A DNA stretch of 64,000 nt from Giardia intestinalis (lineage: Eukaryota), in the NCBI GenBank assembly GCA_000002435.2, contig CM018793.1. One strand, 5' to 3'. This document shows, piece after piece, positions 41,859 to 50,863 of the stretch. The notes below the pieces were generated by a model. The model was given only the letters and a program-made list of their open reading frames with translations. It did no database searches and was not told the origin of the DNA. The translations under genes and the position numbers were made by a program. Position 1 is the stretch's first letter. Each line of letters starts with the position of its first letter.

Positions 41859-42292
41859 ATGGGCACAGCGGTCTTGCTCGACATAACGAGAGCCCCAACA
41901 GCAGACGGCCTCGCCCAGGCAAGTGTACCCCTCATCCCGAGGAGCTGCGTCGAGGCCTTCCTTCGGCCGCGACACACGAGGTATCTGGACTCGGTCCCTC
42001 AGGGCCCTGCGCATGCTTCTGTGCGGCGTGGTACAGAACCTGCTCACCAGGAACTGAAGGAGATGCCCCACTCAGTGTCTATATTGACGACAGTGACGCG
42101 ATGGGGACAGTCACAGAGGCGACAGGCCTGGCGAAGCAACATGGCTTGACGGTCAGCACTGGGTGTAGGAGCACTGAGGGGCAGGAGGCCTCCTTCCTGG
42201 CCGGTCTCAAGGATCCCCCAAGACAACCGAGGGCCGAAGCCAGTGATGGCACCAATCACTCGCCAAGCTGGCCAGGATGGACCCACACGTGA
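41859..42292 (+). pseudogene. Reverse transcriptase core, frameshifted (right-arm copy)
   Basis: Frame 0 gives LLDITRA...PLIPRSCVEAFLRPRHTRYLDSVPQGPAHAS. Frame 2 gives LSVYIDDSDAMGTVTEATGLAKQHGLTVSTGCRSTEGQEASFLAGLKD and then TGA. The spacings from F-to-PQG and from PQG-to-YIDD match LTR/DIRS-type RTs as I remember them. The distance from YIDD to TEAS is ~150 codons, as expected for RT to RNase H. Confidence 0.55.
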
Positions 42293-43207
42293 CCCATGTG
42301 AATCCCTCGACAGGCAAGTCGGGATCCTTGGAGTGTCTGGCTGACAGAAGTGGACTGATCCTGCCCGCACCGAAGAGTGGTGACCTGGGCCACCTGCCGG
42401 GCATCTGCCACAGCAGCTGGCAGTGCCTGACACCCTCGAGTAGACGGGCGCCGGTTGTAGAGAGAGACGGCCTAACGGCGAACCGGTCCCGATCGCTCGT
42501 GATGCTTTGGATGACGCCTCGACAGACCGAAGCATCACCCCAAGCACACCATGTGATGCGAGGATGGATGGAGCCCACACATCACTGAGCTAGACGCACT
42601 GCACAGGGTGAGCGTCGACATGATCTCGTGCTGAGTGACGGACCACCTGCAAGAGCGCACTGCGATCCATGAGCAGAGGGCCGAGCCTCTTCCCCGACAC
42701 AACACATGGGAGTGCTCCATCGACATCCACAAACGCGTACTATGACTCCAAGATAGAGGCGCACGGGGAGCGCACCCTCTGATCATACTCGGGACCGATG
42801 ATACAATCCGTGAGAAGACGAAGAAGCACCTCGAAGAACTAGAGGTTGATATCCCGAAGTTCATGGCATGCGATCTTCATCATAGAGAACCAAGACCTTG
42901 GAGTACATGACCAGGGTCAGCTGCTCCCTCAAGGCCAAGCTTGCCGTCGCGACTGACGCAGGACCCTGAGATAGTGTGTGCTCACTGGTGCCAAACGGTA
43001 GTGACCCCGACGAGCCAAAGGATGGGATGAATCCTCAGAAGACACCGCGAGAAGCAGCAGAGACTCCCGAGCGGCAGAACAAAACTTCTTCTCCTCCTGC
43101 CGAGATCGAAGACATCCGATCTCAGACTTCAGATTTCAATTTCTGGATTCTGGATTGTGGATTGTGGATCTCAGCCATGCAAGGGTGGGAGATACCCGCT
43201 TGCCCAG

Positions 43208-43237
43208 GGTGGCGGTGGCTTGCGTGGAAAGATCACA
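43208..43237 (+). repeat. 30-nt inverted-terminus core of the retroelement relic
   Basis: It reads ggtggcggtggcttgcgtggaaagatcaca. It matches 26 of 30 positions with the reverse complement of 40056-40085. Confidence 0.7.
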
Positions 43238-46200
43238 GACCCTATTTCTTTATTATGGTTTTTAGTGGCTGCTCGCTCGGTCTTCCTCAACAGCAGATCC
43301 ATAAGGATCACAATGGCTTGAACACAAAGCAAATCCTATACCGCGAATGCAGGGGGCCCTTCATAATGAGTGCAGACTAGGGGCCTAGAGCCAAACGATA
43401 GAAGACAGTAGCTGACCGAGATAGTGACTCCTGTACGCATGAAAGCCCGATCTCCTTGTTATCCGTGTACGACTAATGCATCAAGTAGCCTCCAAACCCC
43501 TAGCCATTAGATTGGCTTATTTCGACTCAACATACGACGCTTTGGCGTTCCCCTTCGTTTCTGGTGCGTTGTGTCACCAAACACAGATACTTTCAAGGGC
43601 TTCTCTGGAGACTACATGTGGCCTTTATATCTATGGGGCCTGTTACGGCAAGCTTAAGAGATACTACGCAGAGTATCGCTTCCGTTGACAACCACCACAA
43701 TATGTAGTTGGTACTCAGCTCTAGTACGCACCGTCATCGAGAGGTACGAATTACTATAGTTTCAAGCAGAAACTTTGAGGCATCTTGCAGGCCTAGAAAG
43801 CTGCCATGATGTATCCAAAAAGATAGGCCGTCCAGGTAATGGGAAGAGACGCAAAGAGATAGAGGTAGACCAGAATGCGATAGAATCAGAGGATCTACCG
43901 GTTGGTGTCAGATTGCGTATGGCTGAAAACTATCTGACCCTCACAAGGTATCTTTCTCCAAATACAGGGTTGCATAAATCATCAGTCAGCTGCCCCCTGC
44001 ATAACAGGTATTAAGTTGCCTTCCGCAAAGTCAGGCCGTTAAAATTAGCAACGTATCTCCCTACTTGTATCTGTTTACAAGTAATTACCTTACGCCACGC
44101 ATGGCTGCTTACACAAATCTATTTGTGGAGCAGTATTTAGCACATTATCTTTTCATTAGGCGGGCTACATTGAAGAAACTGTCCTATTCATCCTAATGAG
44201 TTAAGCTAATCGTAATTGACCATAGGAGTGGCACCCTCCCACAGGCCCATGCTTCGTCTTGCATATTTTTTACTGGAGAAGTTCGTTTGCTGTTTGTACG
44301 ATCCCGGTCTTTATAGCCCTTGCAGCCAAACTCAATTGGATCCATGTCTGATTCTCTGCCCAGGTCTCCTCCCGTCCTCTCTACCCGATCTGCTACTGCA
44401 GTAACGCCTAAGAGACGGTGCTTAGTTCGTATGTTTGTCCAGGCCTTCTGACCACAGAAGTATACGGCGGTTGGAATATCGTTGTGCCAGTCTACAGTTC
44501 CACGAATGCCCGGCCCATAGCAGACTCATTGCGCCTGCTAGCACTGATAAGCGTTATGCACAGAAACTAAGCAGGGTCTGGGTGTAGTGTACGGTGAACA
44601 CTGTGCCAATTAGCCAGAAACAGGAAGCTTTCTCCCGTGCATCAAAGTGCAAAGACGACGCTCAAAAGATGCCATACTGCGTATTGCGAAGTGGGTCAAC
44701 ATGCGTTCCCGTGTTAGGGAAGTTGAATCAGTTGCTGGCCTAAGCCGAGTGTCCTGGTGAGAGCCGCATAGCTACCTACTGTGGAGTCATATGACTCTCT
44801 GTCCTGGCGAAGCAATTTGACTAGGCCTGAGGGTAGCAGAAGCCGTGGCTGAACGGGCTGCGGCACTTCCAGAAGTGCGTTCCTTGATGTTAGCTGCAGC
44901 GTAGCGTTCTAGATGACTATCGATGACACAATTATTACAGCTATTAACCGATATTCCGGCGCGCTCATTGTAATGCCTGTTTGACCATTGGTTGTAGGGT
45001 AGTCGAGCAGTTAGAGATCCTCTGAGTCATGTAACGGTTCGTGCTTGTCTAATGCAAGTTTGAATCAAGGATGCTCCCAGAATGCTCTAAATGATCTGAG
45101 ACCACAGAAGTTCCAGGGGAGCCCACTCTGCTGAGGATGCGCGCCCATCTAGCCCAGGGTGGAGAATGGACCGGCAATAACCCATCTGGCTGTCTACTGG
45201 TCGTGTACTGTTGGGTCACAAAAGATCATGTGGGAACTTTTAGCCGCAATGGCCAGAATATTGGCTCATCTACTGATCCAGACAGATAACGAAGGCCATG
45301 CACCTTCGGAATAATTAAAGCACATCTTCGAGCGGCCCAATGGCTCGCTGCTGTGATCCATGGCCCCAGACGTGGGAAGTGACACGCAACAGTGCAGAGT
45401 AACATAGCAGAATAGAAAGGACACGTCACTCCTGGGGCTGCACTAGCAATAGCATATATTACTAGGGTCAGTTAGCATTCTCACAGTCTCTGCTGCTATG
45501 CTATAGTATTGCTTTAAGGACGTAATCAAGGCTCAAGCGTAATGATTAATGTAGTCCGTCGTAGCGGTAAGAACAACGGGCCCTTGCTTAAGATCTTGCG
45601 TCCCTCAGCTTGTTCTTCCCTAGCATAGCACAGGCCACAGAGGATCCGATCCAGCTCCTCAGCAATAGCCATGGTGAGCTGCTGGCTTCTTCGAGGCCCC
45701 TTCCAACTCTGGCATATGCAACGCAGGCGCCAACAGGTGGCTCTGCCCAGGAAAATAGGCCGGGCGGAGTGTCTATGCACATTGGAGTGCGCGATTTTTT
45801 CCTAGACGCTCATTTTTCTGAATCGAAAGCAAGTCTTGTTACTGGCCAGACAATGACCTACCAAGATGGAAGCCCTGTTGCCACAATGATTAGACACAAA
45901 TTTTCCAATGAACCACACTGTGTATTGCGCGCAATGTGGTACCCTGAAAACCAATCTTCTTACGTAGTGACTATATTTAGCATGCCATAGCCTGGACAGA
46001 AGTTCCTAAAATTAAGCCGTACTATGCTGCAGATCAGTTTTGATACACGCTGATAGATGTTCTAGAGAGTCTGCCCAAGGCATCCTTCTATTAACAGACA
46101 ACACTATGGTTTGTGGATCCTTCCTTCGCCTCTTTCAGTCTAAGCATAACCTTAGTACAAAATCCCAGAGCTCTTTGCTCGATCGCTTGAGATGTCTCGA

Positions 46201-48567
46201 AGTGCCTAGACTTAAGAGAAGCATCTGCCAGCCCTGACGAGTATGGTTGTGCCCTTATTAGAATCGTCCGAAGTGCTCTTCTGTGGTCCCAAAAATGCGT
46301 TAGCATAAAGCAGCGTTCTCTTAACAGGTATCCAGTATGTGCCCACCCGACTATATTACGTGCACGCTAGTTTCGCAAATGGCTCCCTCTTATCTTTAAT
46401 ACCCGGCAGAGTATCCTCAACGATCTTTTCTAGGCCCTTGTAGTACGCATGCATATCCTTCTGATGTTGATGCGCACATGTCAGACCCAGGCCCCAAGAG
46501 ACCTGACGGCAGGCCGAGATTTGCTGCAGCGCGCCATCTTGTAGTCCCCGCTAGTCGTCGCTGGTGACATGCTGAACATACGCTGGAAGGCTGTGCAATG
46601 TAGCTTCTAACGCTGTTGCGGCCCAGCCTTTTCGGTGATTTCTCTGCGAGGGCCACTCCTCCTCTCGGTCTTCCGTGACCGAGATCGAGATCGAGAGTCA
46701 CTACCTATAGTGCCACGGAATTCAAGACGCGGATATCTCGACGGACAGTCTACTCTTCTAGTACCCGATCCATCTCCTTTCAAGGCGGATCTTTATCGAT
46801 GCAGAAGGTAGAAGGCTAGCTCTACTGATGCTTACATGCGGCCTTGCTGGACTGGCCGGTCCTACCGAGCAAGCGGACTCTGTGCAGAGACCCTTGCATA
46901 ACAGAGCATGCAGCGCAGAGAGGTGGGCAGGGACTCCAGTCCGGATCAGAAAAGTGGTTGGACGGGCACCACCGTGCCATCAGCAAGTGTAGACCCTTGG
47001 ATAGGGTGCTTCTTCTATACTCGCGGTCATAGTATTCCCTGCTTGAATGGCTGGGTTATCACCGTCGTCAGGCAAGTCGAGTACATCCAGTGTGACCGTG
47101 TATCTGAGCATGTATGCTTTCTCTTTGCTATTGTCCTTTGGACATACTTGGGCGGTCGCTAAGCTTTTGTCGAAGGCTAGAAGCCGCGGACGCGATCTAT
47201 TGTAAACGGTCTATCTGCGCGTCCCCGAACAAAAGCCAGATCACAGGGGCCAATAGGTGTGAACAGAGATCAAAGCTCTAGAGCCAAGTTCCTCTATGAG
47301 AGAATAGAAGCGGGCCTGCGCTCTTCACTCGGTCGAAGTAAATGGTGTCAGAATTTCTATCGGCAATATCATAGCCAGTAGCAGCCTCTTTTGTGTGGTT
47401 TTTGTCACGTGCCGAAGAATGCACAGGGACAGTGAACGGGCACCGTGGCAGTGCCCGTTGCTTCACAGAGATACCGAAGGGCACAGCAGCTAGTATCTCA
47501 AGCCAGGCTCTCAGAATGTGCAGAGATCCAGATGTCTCATCACTATATTCTTCTCTTTGGGGAGGTTCGGCACTTGCGGCAGAGCTACCCTGCTAGTTGC
47601 AGTATGGAGGCGATGCTCTCAATTATCGTGCTGCGTATGGCAAGGACCCCCGAGATGCTCTCAGAACCTAAAAGGTTCTCTTCTGTGCTTATAGGGAGCC
47701 AGCAGGCCTGAGTAGTGCCGCTTGCGATGTTCCTTATAGCCCCAACTGCTCTCTCCGTCGTGCGAGATAGGCAAACCGGCAGAGGAGCCTCTTCTTTTGA
47801 AATCTAGAACCATCGGGCAGCCTGTACTTGGTCATCGAAAGAGTACGGGGAATCTGATGCTGCACCGAGAACTCTTAAGCAACTGCACAGAGCCTGTCTC
47901 TGTTGCGAGTCTCCGGTAGCTGTGACCAGCATCGAGGTACTCAGCACACTCAATGGCTAGGCGAACACACCGCTTGGCCCGAAGCATCTGCACGATCGCG
48001 CCTCTGCCATCCAGATCCCAGGCTCTTCCTACAAAGCTCGAGAGCAGGCTTTAGATAGCATGCTCCTATCGCTAGTCCGGGATGTCATCTGCCCACAACA
48101 TACGAGGCTCGTCTCCTTCGAGTCCCCCGCTCTTGCAGCTGGCCTGGACAGACTAGAGGTCACCAGGGCAGCTCGCCGAGCCTGCTGTAACGCATAGCGC
48201 TAGAGGCAGGATGCTCTCCGTGCGTCGCCCGTCCGGCAACGGAGGCCGTCTTCGGCCTGCCTCGTCTTCTACGCGCCGGCGGACACTCAGCGGCGACGCG
48301 GGCCACCAGGGCGCTACGGCAAGGGCGTCCCCCCGCAGCAAGGGCCAGCAGGCAGAGGCCCGCGTCGTGAGGCGTATTCAGGAGAAGAGATCATCCTATG
48401 GCGGGACATGTGACTATATCATTTTCACGTGACAATGTCATCTTTTTTGTACCACCAAGGTTGCAGATCCATTAGTGCGTCTACTTTTTCTTTGTTAAGG
48501 CAAAACCTCATTGGCTCTTGAATTCCTTAGCGAATTTCCTTTTCACTTTGTATATTATTAACGCACA

Positions 48568-50367
48568 ATGACTATAGACTTTAGAACCATTAGGCTCCAG
48601 GAGGATAGAACCCGAGGCTTGCATATCAATGAGCGGTGTACATCTGCACTAGGATCTACTGTGACAGATGCTATCGAGGACCTTGAAGGCACAGAAATAA
48701 TACTTAAAAGCAGATACTTGCAAACACCACAAATGTCAACTACACATCGCACTGTCTTTCTTTCGTTGTTACTTAAGCTGCGGGAGGGCATTCGGTATAT
48801 CTTCAACATGTTTTCGTCATTTAAAAAGGAAACGTACCTAATTGGCATTCTTTTGCATACTCATGACGACGGTTTTATGATACTGCAAATTAACACGCAC
48901 GGAATTCTGGACATTCTTCTAGACGAACCCACAGAGCCCTCCACTTCTACAAAATACCTGGCCAAGTTAAAGAAGGCCCTCCTTCAGATTGAGAGCTTTC
49001 CGATGGTCAAGCTAACTATGATGGCTTCTCATACAAATAACATTTCAGTGCTTTTTCTCGGAGCGCTCTTGGGTCTTGAGGGTTTATACTATGATCAAGA
49101 AAATTTCTGTGTAACATCTATTGTTCAATACTACAATGATGCTGCTACCGTTCAGCAGAACCAGGCCAGTTCCCAAGACACCGGTACCTTAGGAGTTACC
49201 TTAAAAGGGATGAGCATGCAACAAACCATAACAGTATCTAAGAGTTTTCGCCTTCTGGTGCTCAGAGGGCCATTTATAAAACCTTATTACTCCATTAAAA
49301 TGGCGGTAGATGTAATACATAAATTGGTAGAGAAGTTCGAGGCGTCCGTTGTTCTCCTGACGGGTCCACTTTTGTTAGAGTACCCTTCCGACCCTACGGA
49401 CTATAACAGTAAGGAGCCCCATAGCCTAGCCCAACAGTACCTTTTGACCTTTCTTCTGGCCTTGCACATCTCCATGCTTGAAAACAGGTGTCATGCTATT
49501 TTGATTACAGATTGTAACTGCCTACTTGCCCCAGATTCATATTACCCTACTCTACCTCATAGTACAATGCTACCAGATACTACTTCACTTTACAAGACAA
49601 TATCGTTTGGCGGTGATCCCCTTTGCTTTTCTATTTGCGGCGTCAATCTTGCGTACTTCAGCAGTGCATTACTTGGATTTCAGTTTATTGAAAGTAGCTA
49701 TCTAAGTCGTCACAAAGAAGCCTTGCCGTCATCTCCACAACCTTCTCATAGTAAGCCTAGTGCGTCAAGTCCTCGTTCGCCTGAATGCCCGTTTGTATCC
49801 TCCTTACCAACTACCTCTCAGTCCAGTCCTTTTAAAAGAGTTACAGTCCCAGATTCGCCATCCCGCAATCTATCTAACGGCCCTCCCATTCTATCTAAAG
49901 TACCCCCTACACCGACACGCTCAGATGAGACCACCGATACACCCCGAACTATACTTCCAAATGAGAACCTCTTGGGTCTATGTGACAGTCTTATTGAAGG
50001 CAGAATACTTGCTCAATCCACTGACGCTGGTATCCTCGTAGGATTGGAACAAAAACGCCTTTTATACTATATCAACGCATCACTTGAGCTTCAAACATCA
50101 ATACCAGAGTTTCCTTCTTCGCGACCTTTGCTTCATTCTAGAACACCAAATGCGTGGTTGAACCCGGAGACAGACATAGTCATAACCACTCTACCAGCAT
50201 TCTCAGCACCCTTATTAGTGACGATATATGGAAAGCCCCGCATAATTGTTCCCCTATTGGAGAAGGATGGACAAGGAGCAGTCATTACGTTACGACAAGG
50301 AAATGGTACTATCGATAATTTGGCACACTGTGAAACCTACAGCTTTGCCATTAACTTTGCAGAATGA
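48568..50367 (+). CDS. DNA polymerase alpha subunit B-like (POLA2/Pol12 family)
   Basis: This 599-aa ORF is collinear with the B-subunit phosphoesterase fold. Matching segments are LLVLRGPF, VVLLTGPLLLEYPS, HAILITDCNCLLAP, YYPTLPHS, GGDPLCFSICGVNLAYFSS and the C-terminal TDIVITTLPAFSAP. An S/P-rich insertion occupies aa ~390-450. Confidence 0.65.
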   Translation: MTIDFRTIRLQEDRTRGLHINERCTSALGSTVTDAIEDLEGTEIILKSRYLQTPQMSTTHRTVFLSLLLKLREGIRYIFNMFSSFKKETYLIGILLHTHDDGFMILQINTHGILDILLDEPTEPSTSTKYLAKLKKALLQIESFPMVKLTMMASHTNNISVLFLGALLGLEGLYYDQENFCVTSIVQYYNDAATVQQNQASSQDTGTLGVTLKGMSMQQTITVSKSFRLLVLRGPFIKPYYSIKMAVDVIHKLVEKFEASVVLLTGPLLLEYPSDPTDYNSKEPHSLAQQYLLTFLLALHISMLENRCHAILITDCNCLLAPDSYYPTLPHSTMLPDTTSLYKTISFGGDPLCFSICGVNLAYFSSALLGFQFIESSYLSRHKEALPSSPQPSHSKPSASSPRSPECPFVSSLPTTSQSSPFKRVTVPDSPSRNLSNGPPILSKVPPTPTRSDETTDTPRTILPNENLLGLCDSLIEGRILAQSTDAGILVGLEQKRLLYYINASLELQTSIPEFPSSRPLLHSRTPNAWLNPETDIVITTLPAFSAPLLVTIYGKPRIIVPLLEKDGQGAVITLRQGNGTIDNLAHCETYSFAINFAE

Positions 50368-50416
50368 CGTAGTCTAGTTGAAATGTATTCTATATAATTA
50401 ACATTGGAAATTATAA

Positions 50417-50863
50417 ATGACCGAGACAGCAGGTTCACGCGTCAGCACAAGACCACGGGGAAAGCGAGTTCGTCACCCACCTGGGTATAGATCCTCTACG
50501 ATTATCTCTTCTGAACTCGATACAGCGCCGCTTCAATCGCGCCCCTGGCTTGCAAGAATGGAGTATCTATACAAGCTGTCCCACCTGCTTCCGTTTCATT
50601 CACAGCACTATCTCAAGCGCATGCTAGGAATCGCGGCAATGACAACTCTTCGTTTAGACCCTTCAATTAAGGGTACTATATGTAAGAGATGTAAATACCT
50701 TCTGATCCCGCACCAGACTGCAACACTTAGCGTCTATCGCCGTGCCCCACAACTACAGTGTCTAAATTGCGGAGCGATGCGTATCCTTGCCCAAACTAAA
50801 AAATCTAAAGCTCTTCATGAAGCACATAGGTCTCCACAAAAATCTGGGACACAAGGCTTATGA
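50417..50863 (+). CDS. RPR2: RNase P/MRP protein subunit Rpr2/RPP21
   Basis: RMEYLYKLSH resembles the RLNFLYQAAH motif. LRLDPSIKGTICKRCKYLLIPH...LQCLNCG gives the Rpr2 zinc ribbon (CxxC...CxxC). Confidence 0.75.
   Translation: MTETAGSRVSTRPRGKRVRHPPGYRSSTIISSELDTAPLQSRPWLARMEYLYKLSHLLPFHSQHYLKRMLGIAAMTTLRLDPSIKGTICKRCKYLLIPHQTATLSVYRRAPQLQCLNCGAMRILAQTKKSKALHEAHRSPQKSGTQGL

Larger units (their letters stand above)
39962..43277 (+). mobile_element. Degenerate YxDD retroelement relic (RT/RNase H) with inverted termini, right-arm copy
   Basis: Motifs occur in the correct order and spacing but in different frames. They are LLD at 41874-41882, EAF...VPQGPAHAS at ~41952-42020 and VYIDD at 42077-42091. 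HGLTV...FLAG runs to 42205, TEAS (cf. TDAS) is at 42526-42537, and RGW...HITELDALHRV (cf. HINxLELxAV) ends at 42610. The termini are imperfect inverted repeats of ~80-125 bp, ending outward in agcgagcRgcc/ggcYgctcgct. Multiple stops and at least 3 frame switches show it is not functional. Confidence 0.5.
39032..48367. repeat. Right arm (9336 bp) of the 22.1-kb palindrome
   Basis: It is the reverse complement of 26261-35595. It carries one extra T at 41374/41375 relative to the left arm (~33253). Confidence 0.95.

Noticed and set aside
45781-46031. Possible second RT relic of non-LTR type: FFLDAHFSESKASL...YQDGSPVATMI...YYAAD
   Set aside because: The motif-A residues do not line up with the D..KAFD pattern. 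The A-to-B spacing (~20 aa) is far too short, and the YADD-like string is YAAD in another frame. This is too weak without a profile search.
26261-48367. Arms as rDNA, an organellar inverted repeat or a bacterial insert
   Set aside because: By eye there are no conserved SSU/LSU rRNA strings such as the GTGCCAGCMGCCGCGGTAA core. There are no long ORFs or operon-like gene arrays. The central gene is a typical host NEK-ankyrin gene.
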